Shown: one piece after another, positions 36,908 to 45,278 of the stretch
Numbering within the stretch: position 1 is the first letter of the stretch
Layout: every line of letters starts with the position of its first letter
Assembly: GCA_902806315.1 (NCBI GenBank)
Contig: CADCWD010000055.1
Location: forward strand, 62,840-126,839
DNA length: 64,000 bases
Direction: 5' to 3'
DNA from: an uncultured Sphingosinicella sp.
Lineage (GTDB): Bacteria; Pseudomonadota; Alphaproteobacteria; Sphingomonadales; Sphingomonadaceae
Position numbers and translations under genes: made by a program
The notes under the pieces: generated by a model
Database searches by the model: none
What the model was told of the DNA's origin: nothing
Seen by the model: only the letters and a program-made list of their open reading frames with translations

Positions 36908-37087
36908 TTAGCGAAGCTTGGCGATCTTGATGCCGTCTACCTTCGCCCGATCCTGCACCGACTCCTCGCTGCGGGTCAGCGCCTTGGCGATCGCCTTGAG
37001 GCCCATGCCCTTGGTCGCGAGCGTCTTCAGCTTGGCGACTTCCTCGCTTTTCCAGGGTTGGCGGTGACGGACGAAATTTTCCGCCAT
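36908..37087 (-). CDS. small Myb/SANT- or GcrA-like helix-turn-helix protein
   Basis: ORF 36908..37090. ATG 37087 shares one base with the upstream stop (TGATG). The W-x2-EE-x3-L...GMGLKAIAKALTRSEESV pattern looks HTH-like. Confidence 0.5.
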   Translation of the reverse strand: MAENFVRHRQPWKSEEVAKLKTLATKGMGLKAIAKALTRSEESVQDRAKVDGIKIAKLR

Positions 37088-37212
37088 CAATCGTCCTTGG
37101 CGCCCAATCCGCCGGCTGCGCCCTTGGTGGACGGCTTGGCCGCGATGGTCTTCTTGACCTCCTTCTTCGGCTTCCTGGCTTCCTTGTTGCTCTTCGCTTG
37201 TCCCTTGGCCAT
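37087..37212 (-). CDS. 41-aa lysine-rich small protein (not in ORF track)
   Basis: Hand translation gives MAKGQAKSNKEARKPKKEVKKTIAAKPSTKGAAGGLGAKDD*. ATG 37212 lies 12 nt after the DUF885 stop and is preceded by gggaga. Confidence 0.4.
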   Translation of the reverse strand: MAKGQAKSNKEARKPKKEVKKTIAAKPSTKGAAGGLGAKDD

Positions 37213-37224
37213 GTCGTTTCTCCC

Positions 37225-39081
37225 TTAGCTTCTCTTGGACGCGATATAAGCGTCCACCTGCTGCTCCAGAACGTCAAGCGGCATCGATCCGTTCTCCAGC
37301 ACCACCGCATGGAAGTCGCGAATGTCGAAGCGGTTACCGAGCGCGCGCTCCGCCCGCTGGCGCAGGTCCAGGATTTTGATCTGGCCGATCATGTAGCTGG
37401 TCGCCTGGCCGGGCCAGTTGACGTAGCGGTCGACCTCCTTGCGCGCATCCCGGTCCGAAAGCAGCGCATTGTGGCGGAAATAGTCGACTGCCTGTTCGCG
37501 GCTCCAGCGTTTGTGGTGGAGGCCGGTGTCGACGACGAGGCGCACGGCGCGCCAGAGCTGGGTCGAGAGCATGCCGAACTCGGAATAAGGGTCCTTGTAG
37601 AAGCCCATCTCCTTGCCCAGACCCTCGGCATAGAGGCCCCAGCCTTCGCCATAAGCGCCGTAGCCGCCGAAGCGGCGGAACTTCGGCACGTTCGGAAGCT
37701 CCTGGGCGAGCGCGTTCTGGAAATGGTGGCCGGGCGCGCCCTCATGATAGCTGATCGCTTCGATTTGCGGCTTCAGCACCTGGTTCATGTCCGCCAGATT
37801 GACGTAGTAGATGCCGGGCCGTGAGCCGTCGGGCGAGGGCCGATTGTAGAAAGCGACGGGGGCGGTCTCCTGCCGCCATGCCTCGACCGCGCGAACTTCG
37901 AGCGGGGCCTTGGGCAGCCGGCGGAAATAGCGCGGGGCAACCGTCATGACCTGATCGATCATCGCCTTTGCATCGGTCAGATATTGCTGCCGGCCGGCCT
38001 CGGTATTCGCATATTTGTACTGCTTGCCCTCGTTGATGTGGGCGAAGAACTGCTGCAGCGTCCCTTTGAAGCCGACGCGCTGCTGAATCCGCCCCATCTC
38101 GCCGTGGATGCGCCTGACCTGGTCGAGCCCGGTCTGGTGGATCTGGTCGGCGCTGAGGTCGGTTGTCGTCTGTGCCCGCAAGTTATTGGAATAATATTCG
38201 GCGCCGCGCGGAAGGCTCCACGCACCATTGTTGCCCTTGGCCTGCGGTTCGACGGCGTCTAGCGTCGCGAACAGGGTTCGGTAGCCACGCTGGACGGGAC
38301 CCGTCATCGCCTCCTTGGCTTGCGCGATTAGACGCTGCTTCTCCTCGACGGGAGCGTTCAACGCATTCACCTTCTTGGTGAAGTCGGCGAGGAGCGTGCT
38401 GTCGGGGCCGGCGCCGAACGGCGCGCCGCTGATTACCCGGCGTGCATCGGCGCGCACCGGTGCGAAGTTGAACGCCGGCGGCAGGATGCCCAGCCCGGCC
38501 TGGTGGCGGACATTGGCCGACACCTCGCCCATCACCCGCTCCACCTCGCGCAGCCTGGAAATATAGGCTTCGGCGTCGGCGACGCTCTCGACGCGGTGCT
38601 GGTTGATCAGGAAGACGGGAATGCCGCCCGCCGGGCTGCCGTTGGTCGAGACCGGGAAGCTGTGCCAGCGCCATTGGAACTGCTCGCGGCCGCGCACGAC
38701 ATTGTTCTCGAACATGCGGTAGCTGAGCTGGCTCGCGGGGCTCAGCTTCGCATAGTCGAACTGCGCCTTCATCTCGGCGAGCTGCCGCTCGGAGAGGTCG
38801 CGCTGCCGCTGGCGCTGTGCGTCGGTATAGTCGTTGAGCTTGTCGTAATTGGTCTTGATGCCGAGCGAGGTCAGCGTCTCCGGACTCGAAGCAATCGACT
38901 GGTCGAAGGCGCGGTCGAGAAAGGCGAGCAGCCGCTGGTCCTCGGCCTGTTGGCCGATCGGATCGGCCGTTGCCGCGGCGACGCCGGTTGCTGCCGAGGC
39001 GGGCGCGAGCGCCTCCTCCTGAGGAGCGGCGCAGGCGGTGGCGGCGAGAAGGAGGGCGGCGATGGAAAGGTTGGTCTTCAA
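37225..39081 (-). CDS. DUF885 family protein, probable lipoprotein
   Basis: ORF 37225..39174. HEGAPGHHFQ and the overall DUF885 pattern. TTG 39081, preceded by gagga, gives the lipoprotein signal MKTNLSIAALLLAATAC and avoids overlap with the LysR gene that ends at 39114. Confidence 0.85.
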   Translation of the reverse strand: MKTNLSIAALLLAATACAAPQEEALAPASAATGVAAATADPIGQQAEDQRLLAFLDRAFDQSIASSPETLTSLGIKTNYDKLNDYTDAQRQRQRDLSERQLAEMKAQFDYAKLSPASQLSYRMFENNVVRGREQFQWRWHSFPVSTNGSPAGGIPVFLINQHRVESVADAEAYISRLREVERVMGEVSANVRHQAGLGILPPAFNFAPVRADARRVISGAPFGAGPDSTLLADFTKKVNALNAPVEEKQRLIAQAKEAMTGPVQRGYRTLFATLDAVEPQAKGNNGAWSLPRGAEYYSNNLRAQTTTDLSADQIHQTGLDQVRRIHGEMGRIQQRVGFKGTLQQFFAHINEGKQYKYANTEAGRQQYLTDAKAMIDQVMTVAPRYFRRLPKAPLEVRAVEAWRQETAPVAFYNRPSPDGSRPGIYYVNLADMNQVLKPQIEAISYHEGAPGHHFQNALAQELPNVPKFRRFGGYGAYGEGWGLYAEGLGKEMGFYKDPYSEFGMLSTQLWRAVRLVVDTGLHHKRWSREQAVDYFRHNALLSDRDARKEVDRYVNWPGQATSYMIGQIKILDLRQRAERALGNRFDIRDFHAVVLENGSMPLDVLEQQVDAYIASKRS

Positions 39082-39113
39082 GAGCTTGTCCTCGGCAAAG
39101 GCGATGCCTTCTT

Positions 39114-40076
39114 CTAATGCGTCGCCGCCGCCCGTCCAGCCTCGGCGGCACCAGCGCTGAAGCATGGATCCCATTCAGGCTCCGGCCCGAAGCTGGCGGC
39201 GAGGTGGTCGACAAGCGCGCGCAGGCGAGCGGTGGTGGCCCGGCCGGGTGGCATAACAGCGTGCATGCCGACCTCGGGAAGCGGATAATCCGGCAGCAGG
39301 ACTTCGAGGTCGCCGGAGCGGATCGCGTCGGAGGCGATGAAATTGGGCAAGGTGACGACGCCCAGGCCCGCGCAGGCGGCGGCCTTCAGCATGTCGCCGC
39401 TGTCGGCGCGCATCCGCATATTGCCGCTGACCTGCTCGACGCGGTTGCCGACCTTGAAGCGGAACTGCTCCGACATTGCGAGATTGGCATAATAGAGAAG
39501 GTCGTGACCGTTCAGGTCGCGCGGATGCTCTGGCCGCCCGCGCTCCGCGAGATAGGCCGGGCTGGCCAGCACCGAGGCTCGCACCGACGTGAGCCGGCGC
39601 GCCTTCAGCGAGGAATCCGGGAGTTTGCCGATGCGGATCGCAAGGTCGAAGCCGCCGCCGACCAGATCCACACGCTTGTCGTCCAGCGAGACGTCGAGCT
39701 CCACCTTTGGATGGAGCCGGCCGAACTCGACGAGGGCAGGCGCGAGATGGCGGATGCCGAAGGAGATTGGGGCGGTCATCCGGATCGGCCCCGCCACATG
39801 GGTGACCGCGTCCGCGACGATCTCCTGCGCCGCTTCGAGTTCGGTGAGGATGTTCGACGCGCGCTCGAAATAGGCCTGGCCAATGTCGGTGGGCTGGGCG
39901 CCCTGGGCGGTGCGGGTAAGGAGGCGGGCGCCGAGCTGCTCCTCGAGCCTTGCGACGCGGCGGCTGAGCACCGATTTGGAAATGCCCATGCGCTCGCCGG
40001 CACGAGCGAAGGCGCCGGTCTCGACCACCCTGACAAATGCCAGGACGTCGAGCATGTCCACCGAAGAGCGTTCCAT
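39114..40076 (-). CDS. LysR family transcriptional regulator
   Basis: ORF 39114..40088. The N-terminal HTH is LDVLAFVRVVETGAFARAGERMGISKSVLSRRVARLEEQLG. It is divergent from azoR. Confidence 0.92.
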   Translation of the reverse strand: MERSSVDMLDVLAFVRVVETGAFARAGERMGISKSVLSRRVARLEEQLGARLLTRTAQGAQPTDIGQAYFERASNILTELEAAQEIVADAVTHVAGPIRMTAPISFGIRHLAPALVEFGRLHPKVELDVSLDDKRVDLVGGGFDLAIRIGKLPDSSLKARRLTSVRASVLASPAYLAERGRPEHPRDLNGHDLLYYANLAMSEQFRFKVGNRVEQVSGNMRMRADSGDMLKAAACAGLGVVTLPNFIASDAIRSGDLEVLLPDYPLPEVGMHAVMPPGRATTARLRALVDHLAASFGPEPEWDPCFSAGAAEAGRAAATH

Positions 40077-40121
40077 ATCGTGCAACACCGTGATGCTGGT
40101 AGCTTCTCTACTCGCAACAGG

Positions 40122-40135
40122 GATAGCGGCCTATC
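40122..40135. promoter_or_regulatory. candidate LysR-type operator (GATAG-N4-CTATC)
   Basis: Interrupted dyad in the 111-nt divergent spacer between the LysR gene and azoR. Confidence 0.25.
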
Positions 40136-40187
40136 TCTCCTCCAGCAAGCACGTCCCGGACTCGATCCGGGGTTCATGGAGGAAGCT

Positions 40188-40814
40188 ATGACCAAGGTTC
40201 TCATCATCGACAGCGCGGCGACGGGCGAAGCCTCGGTCTCCCGCAAGCTCACCGCCGAGTTCGCCGAGCAGCTTCGCAAGGCGGATGCGGGCGTGCGCAT
40301 CACCCATCGCGACATCGGCGCGGCTCCGATCCCGCACCTCACCGCCGAGACGGTGGGGGTGATCCGCGGCGCCGAGGCGGAAAGCGATGCCGCCAGGAGC
40401 GCGGCCGCATTGTCTGACCAGCTCGTCGCCGAGGTCAAGAATGCCGACCTGATCGTGATCGGCGCTCCGATGTACAATTTCGGCATCAGCTCGACTCTGA
40501 AGGCCTGGTTCGACCACATCCTGCGCGCCGGCATCACCTTCCGGTACACCGCGGAAGGCCCTGAGGGGCTGGTCCACGCCAAGGCAGTCGTGGTCGAGAC
40601 GCGCGCTGGATTCTACAGCGACGGCCCGGCCGCCGCGATGGACGGGCAGGAACCGCATCTCAGGACCATGCTCGGCTTCATGGGCGTAAAGGACGTGACC
40701 TTCGTCCGCGCCGAGAAGCTGGCCTTCGGTCCGGACGCCGCCGCGGCGGCTGTCAGCGAGGCCATCGAGCAGCTTGGCGGCATCGCCGAAAGCGAACTGG
40801 CGCTCGCCGCCTAG
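40188..40814 (+). CDS. azoR: FMN-dependent NADH-azoreductase
   Basis: In frame with the 3' part of track ORF 38970..40814. ATG 40188 is preceded by ggagga. MTKVLIIDSAATGEASVSRKL and GAPMYNFGISSTLKAWFDHI. Confidence 0.88.
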   Translation: MTKVLIIDSAATGEASVSRKLTAEFAEQLRKADAGVRITHRDIGAAPIPHLTAETVGVIRGAEAESDAARSAAALSDQLVAEVKNADLIVIGAPMYNFGISSTLKAWFDHILRAGITFRYTAEGPEGLVHAKAVVVETRAGFYSDGPAAAMDGQEPHLRTMLGFMGVKDVTFVRAEKLAFGPDAAAAAVSEAIEQLGGIAESELALAA

Positions 40815-40823
40815 GCGATGAAG

Positions 40824-40846
40824 CCCCTCCCCTTGACGGGGAGGGG
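40824..40846. repeat. CCCCTCCCC-N5-GGGGAGGGG hairpin (REP-like)
   Basis: Perfect 9-bp inverted repeat 10 nt after the azoR stop. Confidence 0.6.
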
Positions 40847-40902
40847 TTGGGGTGGGGTGGAGTCTCCGGAGAGGCACCGCCCTTCATCGACGCTACCCCA
40901 CC

Positions 40903-40952
40903 ATGAGCCGCCTGGTTCCGTCCCCCGGACGGTACCTTGGTTGGCGGCTCAT
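40903..40952. repeat. 50-nt composite hairpin (atgagccgcc ... ggcggctcat with a nested ccgtcc-ccc-ggacgg)
   Basis: Outer arms are a perfect 10 bp. The inner arms ggttccgtcc/ggacggtacc have one mismatch. Read directly from the sequence. Confidence 0.55.
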
Positions 40953-40978
40953 CCTCCCCATCAAGGGGAGGGCTTTTT
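40953..40978 (+). terminator. CCTCCCC-N5-GGGGAGG hairpin followed by TTTTT
   Basis: 7-bp stem, loop atcaa, then gcttttt. It could terminate azoR transcripts upstream of the pirin gene. Confidence 0.55.
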
Positions 40979-41023
40979 GCGCATGACAAAAACCTACGAT
41001 ATTCTGCACCAGAGGAGACCGAC

Positions 41024-41722
41024 ATGATCGACATCCGTCCCTTCCGCACGCTCGGCCAAGCCGACCATGGCTGGCTGAATGCGCGCCATCATTTCTCGTT
41101 CGCCAATTATTACGAGCCCTCGCGCATGGGCTGGGGCGCGATCCGGGTTTGGAACGACGACGAGATCGCCGCCAAGTCCGGCTTTCCGCCGCACCCGCAC
41201 AACGACATGGAGATCATCACCTATGTCCGGCAGGGCGCGATCACGCACAAGGACTCGATGGGCAATGAGGGCCGCACCGAGGCCGGGGACGTCCAGGTGA
41301 TGTCCGCGGGCACGGGCGTCCAGCATGCCGAATATAATCTGGAAGACGAGCAGACGACGCTTTTCCAGATCTGGGTGATGACCGACGAGCGCGGCGCACA
41401 GCCGAGCTGGGGCGCGAAGAAGTTTCCCAAGAACGATCGCGCCGGCGGCTTCGTCACGCTGGCGAGCGGGTTCGACAGCGATGCCGAGGCGCTCAAGATC
41501 AACGCCGCCGCGCGCGTTCAGGGTGCGACCCTGAAGGCGGGCGAGACGGCCGAGCTCCAACTCGACCCGAGCCGTCACGTCTACCTGGTGCCGGTGAACG
41601 CGGCGGTGGAAGTGAACGGCGTCCGGGCCGAAGCACGCGACGGTGTCGCTATCACCGGCGAGGAGCGGGTCGAGATCAAGGCGATCGAGGAAACCGAGAT
41701 CGTCCTGGTCGACGCTCGGTAA
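41024..41722 (+). CDS. pirin family protein
   Basis: In frame within ORF 40937..41722, starting at ATG 41024. HGWLNARHHFSFANYY and FPPHPHNDMEIITYV (cupin metal ligands). Confidence 0.92.
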   Translation: MIDIRPFRTLGQADHGWLNARHHFSFANYYEPSRMGWGAIRVWNDDEIAAKSGFPPHPHNDMEIITYVRQGAITHKDSMGNEGRTEAGDVQVMSAGTGVQHAEYNLEDEQTTLFQIWVMTDERGAQPSWGAKKFPKNDRAGGFVTLASGFDSDAEALKINAAARVQGATLKAGETAELQLDPSRHVYLVPVNAAVEVNGVRAEARDGVAITGEERVEIKAIEETEIVLVDAR

Positions 41723-41728
41723 CGACAA

Positions 41729-41754
41729 TCCTCCCCCGCAAATGCGGGGGAGGA
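41729..41754. terminator. TCCTCCCCCGC-aaat-GCGGGGGAGGA hairpin between convergent genes
   Basis: Perfect 11-bp inverted repeat in the 37-nt spacer between the pirin and oxygenase stop codons. Confidence 0.55.
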
Positions 41755-41759
41755 CCTCG

Positions 41760-42716
41760 TCAGATCAGCTTGATCTCGCGCAGACGCTGCAAGAGGAAAT
41801 CGTGTGAGCTGATCGGCTCCGGATAGCGGTTCGGATTTTCCGAGGTGATGCAGTTCGGCAGCGTCTCGATCACGTAATCGGGCGCGAAATGCAGGAAAAA
41901 AGGGGTCGAGTAGCGCGAGAAGCCGCGACGCTCGGGCGCCGGATTGACGACACGATGCGACGTCGATGGCAAGACATGGTTAGTCAGCCGCTGCAACATG
42001 TCGCCGATATTGACGACCAGCGCGCCGGGCGGCGGGTTTACGGGCAGCCAGCGGCCGCCGCGGTCGAGCACTTCCAGGCCCGCTTCCTCGGCGCCGAGCA
42101 GCAGGGTGATGGTGTTAATGTCCTCATGTGCGCCGGCGCGGACGCCGCCCGCTTCTTGCGGAACCGGCGGATAGTGGAGCAGGCGAAGCACGCTGTTGCC
42201 GTTCTCAACCGTCGGGTCGAAGAAAGCATCGTCCAGCCCCAGGTCGCGCGCGATCGCCCGCAGCACCTTGCCGCCCATCGCATCGAGCGCGTCGTAGAGC
42301 GCCAGCAGCCGCTCCCGGAAACCCTCGATCTCCTCCGGCCAGACATTGGCCGCCATCACCGCGCGGAACGGATGCCCCTCCGGCAGCTCGCGCCCGACAT
42401 GCCAGAATTCCTTGAGATCGAAGTGGGTCGCATCCTTGGCGGTCTCGATGCCGAACGGCGTATAGCCGCGCGCGCCGCCGCCACCGGCCGTGTGATATCG
42501 GCGCTTCACCTCCTCGGGCAGCGCGAAGAAGGCCTTGGTCTTCTCCAGCCCCTCGTCGACCACCTGCTGGTCGAGCCCGTGATCCGCGATCACGGCAAAG
42601 CCATAGCGCCGGAAGGAGGCGCCGAGCGCTTCCGAGAATGCGGCGAAGTCGCGGCTGTAACCGGACATGGAGACGGGCACGATCCCGGGCAGGAGAGCGG
42701 CGGCGGAGGAGGACAT
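41760..42716 (-). CDS. 2-oxoglutarate/Fe(II)-dependent oxygenase (isopenicillin N synthase-like family)
   Basis: ORF 41760..42776. I prefer ATG 42716 (MSSSAAALL). H-x-D context GAHEDINTITLL and a distal His in LPSTSHRV. Confidence 0.85.
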   Translation of the reverse strand: MSSSAAALLPGIVPVSMSGYSRDFAAFSEALGASFRRYGFAVIADHGLDQQVVDEGLEKTKAFFALPEEVKRRYHTAGGGGARGYTPFGIETAKDATHFDLKEFWHVGRELPEGHPFRAVMAANVWPEEIEGFRERLLALYDALDAMGGKVLRAIARDLGLDDAFFDPTVENGNSVLRLLHYPPVPQEAGGVRAGAHEDINTITLLLGAEEAGLEVLDRGGRWLPVNPPPGALVVNIGDMLQRLTNHVLPSTSHRVVNPAPERRGFSRYSTPFFLHFAPDYVIETLPNCITSENPNRYPEPISSHDFLLQRLREIKLI

Positions 42717-42910
42717 GAGCGGCACCTTGGCTGAGGATCTAAGTTGGAGGATACTCCTCGCTGCTCGGTCGTGCAACGATACCCGTCGGTGACGCCTGAG
42801 CGCCGCCCTTTCTGGATCACCGCAGTTTTATTAAGGTGCCGGTGCCTAGTTGGTTGTGAATCGCGTTTTTTGCGGCTCCTGATTTATCGATTGCGACGAG
42901 CTGTGGTGCT

Positions 42911-42947
42911 TTGGAATGTCCGTCTTCAAACGTTGCGGACATTCCAA
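42911..42947. promoter_or_regulatory. 12-bp perfect inverted repeat ttggaatgtccg-N13-cggacattccaa
   Basis: Read directly from the sequence. It lies in a 316-nt A/T-rich divergent spacer, 86 nt upstream of ATG 43033. Confidence 0.35.
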
Positions 42948-43032
42948 ACCTGAGATAGCTCTGTTCGTGAGCTACCGGGTCGGGCGTTCTCGACCATGGA
43001 TCCCACTGAATTCGGCTGCCTGGAACTGATCG

Positions 43033-43380
43033 ATGAAATCGAAGCCCCGGCTGTTCGGCATTGTCTTGATCGCGGCATTTGTGGCCTGGCTGGGAGTTGG
43101 TGTTTCCAGCTTCTCCACCGGGATGGGGACGGCGCGCACATACGACGCGATCGCGGAGATGTGGGCCGACGGACCGACGCGATCGGGCCGGACACCTGAC
43201 GAAGTCCAGCTGAAAGTGCTCGACTATCGGGTCAAGGCTGCGAATGCTCGTCAGTTCGCATCTCAGCAGCTGACCATCCATATACTAGCGTCTCTTGTCC
43301 TGTTGCTGGTTTTTGAGCGGGCCAGTGGGGAAGGCTTATCTTCGGCTCTGAGGAGGCTCGTAGCAGGCAAAGGCTCGTAA
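43033..43380 (+). CDS. hypothetical two-TM membrane protein (orphan)
   Basis: ORF 43033..43380. Hydrophobic segments LFGIVLIAAFVAWLGVGV and IHILASLVLLLVF. G+C is lower than in the flanks. I recognise no family. Confidence 0.45.
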   Translation: MKSKPRLFGIVLIAAFVAWLGVGVSSFSTGMGTARTYDAIAEMWADGPTRSGRTPDEVQLKVLDYRVKAANARQFASQQLTIHILASLVLLLVFERASGEGLSSALRRLVAGKGS

Positions 43381-43427
43381 GCAGCCGGACTTCCAGCCGG
43401 ATATCCGCTATCCGCCCTTGGCGACAT

Positions 43428-44051
43428 TCACCCGAGCGGAGCCGCCGAAGCCTTGTAGTGGTGCCATGTGAATATGGCGGCTGCGCCTCGATGGGGACGC
43501 CAAACTTCGGCAAGCTCCCGCACCCTTCGCTCGCTTGGCCTTTCCGGCAGGCCCATGATGCGGCCCGTCTGTATCTGGACCACGAGATCGCCCGCGGGCC
43601 AGACGTCCGGGCGCCCTTCCGCGAACAGGAGGTAGACCTCCGCGGACCAGCGGCCGATGCCCTTCACTCGCACGAGCTCGGCGATGGCGGCTTCGTCCTC
43701 GGCGTCGAGATTGTCGAGGTCGAGGCGGCCGGAGAGCACTTCTTCTGCCAAGCTGCGGGCGTAGCTTGCTTTCTGGCGCGACAGGCCGGCGGCGCGGAGC
43801 ATCTCGTCGGTGGCGGCCAGGATGTTGGCGGGGGAGGGGTCGCCGACCTGCTCCAGCAGCTTCGCCCACATCGAAGCGGCCGCCTTGATGCTGACCTGTT
43901 GGCCGACGATGGTGCGCAGGAGGGTGATGTAGCCGGGCGCGCTGTCGCGCGGTTCGGGGTAACCGGCTTCAGCGAGCGCCTTGGCCATGGCCGGCTCGCG
44001 GCGGGCGATCTCGTCGAGCGATGCCCGCAATGCTTCGGCCGCTATTCCCAC
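43428..44051 (-). CDS. DNA-3-methyladenine glycosylase II (HhH-GPD, AlkA-like)
   Basis: ORF 43428..44051 with a GTG start. LLRTIVGQQVSIKAA and VKGIGRWSAEVYLLF (HhH), followed by the catalytic Asp region WPAGDL. Confidence 0.85.
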   Translation of the reverse strand: MGIAAEALRASLDEIARREPAMAKALAEAGYPEPRDSAPGYITLLRTIVGQQVSIKAAASMWAKLLEQVGDPSPANILAATDEMLRAAGLSRQKASYARSLAEEVLSGRLDLDNLDAEDEAAIAELVRVKGIGRWSAEVYLLFAEGRPDVWPAGDLVVQIQTGRIMGLPERPSERRVRELAEVWRPHRGAAAIFTWHHYKASAAPLG

Positions 44052-44136
44052 GCGCTTCCCCTCGCTTGATTTAGCGCCGAGCGACTAGCATAGGCCGGCC
44101 GCCACGCACTCCCGTTTCTTGTCGCCAGGACCCGCC

Positions 44137-44454
44137 ATGCCCAAGCTTATCGTCGTCACTCGCGATGGCACCGAAACCGCCGTCGATGGGCGGGAGGGGC
44201 TGAGCGTGATGGAAGTGATCCGCGACAACGGCTTCGACGAGCTCCTCGCGCTGTGCGGCGGTTGCTGCTCCTGCGCGACCTGCCATGTCCATGTCGACGA
44301 GAGCTGGGTCGAGAAGCTTCCGGCGATGGAAGGAGACGAGGACAATTTGCTCGACACTTCCGACTTCCGAGTTCCGAGCAGCCGCCTGTCGTGCCAGCTC
44401 ACCTTCGGCGCCGATCTCGACGGCCTGCGCGTGCGGATCGCTCCGGAGGACTAG
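44137..44454 (+). CDS. 2Fe-2S ferredoxin (adrenodoxin/putidaredoxin type)
   Basis: In frame within ORF 44119..44454, starting at ATG 44137. Cluster ligands [12 protein letters not shown] ... LSCQ. Confidence 0.9.
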   Translation: MPKLIVVTRDGTETAVDGREGLSVMEVIRDNGFDELLALCGGCCSCATCHVHVDESWVEKLPAMEGDEDNLLDTSDFRVPSSRLSCQLTFGADLDGLRVRIAPED

Positions 44455-45188
44455 CTCGTCGCGGCGGCGTAGAGCGCGATGGCGGCGGCGTTCGAGACGT
44501 TAAGGCTTTCGATCCGGTCGCTGATCGGGAGCTTGGCGAGCGCGTCGCAGTGGCTTTCCGTATTCTGGCGCATGCCTTCGCCCTCGGCGCCGAGCACGAG
44601 CGCGACCCTGACAGGCCCGAGCGCTTCGGCCAGCGTCATGCTCGCCTCGCCGGTCAGGCCGACGCGCCAGAAGCCGGCTTCCGCCATCTCGTCCAATGCG
44701 CGCGACAGGTTCACCACCCGCACCCACGGCACGGTTTCGAGCGCGCCGCTGGCCGCCTTGGCCAGAGCGCCGGATTCGGGCGGAGCGTGACGGTCCTGCG
44801 TGACGATGCCGAGCGCGTCGAAAGCGGCGGCGGAGCGCAGGATCGCGCCGACATTGTGCGGATCGGTGACCTGATCGAGGACGAGCAAGGGGCGGCGCTC
44901 GGGCGCATCGTCCAGCAGGTCGCCGAGCCAGATGTCGGGCAGCTTCTCGACCTCTGCCACCATGCCCTGGTGCGGGGCGTCGCCGGGGACGAGGCGGCCG
45001 AGGTCGGCGACGTCTGCCAAGGTGACCGGGATATCGGGTCCGGCGTTCAGGAACGCGGCGGCCTCGCGTGTGGCCCAGAGCTTCACGACCTTGCGCTCGG
45101 GATTGTCGAGCGCGGCCGCGACCGCATGCTTGCCCCAGAAGCGCGGGCGGTTTTCGGGCTTGCTGGTCTGGCGGGCCTTGCGTCGCAT
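44451..45188 (-). CDS. rlmB: SpoU/TrmH family 23S rRNA 2'-O-methyltransferase
   Basis: C-terminal 245 codons of track ORF 44451..45965. ATG 45188 gives [35 protein letters not shown] and [13 protein letters not shown]. Confidence 0.8.
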   Translation of the reverse strand: MRRKARQTSKPENRPRFWGKHAVAAALDNPERKVVKLWATREAAAFLNAGPDIPVTLADVADLGRLVPGDAPHQGMVAEVEKLPDIWLGDLLDDAPERRPLLVLDQVTDPHNVGAILRSAAAFDALGIVTQDRHAPPESGALAKAASGALETVPWVRVVNLSRALDEMAEAGFWRVGLTGEASMTLAEALGPVRVALVLGAEGEGMRQNTESHCDALAKLPISDRIESLNVSNAAAIALYAAATS

Positions 45189-45233
45189 GCCGCGTGCAAT
45201 GGCGGTCCGACCGCTCCGGCGCAACCCGTGAGC

Positions 45234-45258
45234 TGAACCAAGCCGAGGCGATCGCGTT
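45234..45258 (+). promoter_or_regulatory. weak EcfG-like promoter candidate, TGAAC-N16-CGTT
   Basis: TGAAC at 45234..45238, a 16-nt spacer, and CGTT at 45255..45258, 21 nt upstream of ATG 45279. There is one mismatch in the -35 element. Confidence 0.25.
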
Positions 45259-45278
45259 AAGCCCGGCAAGGAGTATTC

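Noticed and set aside
38970-40187. 5' 1.2 kb of the 614-aa plus-strand ORF that ends as azoR.
   Set aside because: It is antisense to the DUF885 and LysR genes and has an Arg/Gly-rich composition. Azoreductase homology starts only at ATG 40188, which has a strong SD.
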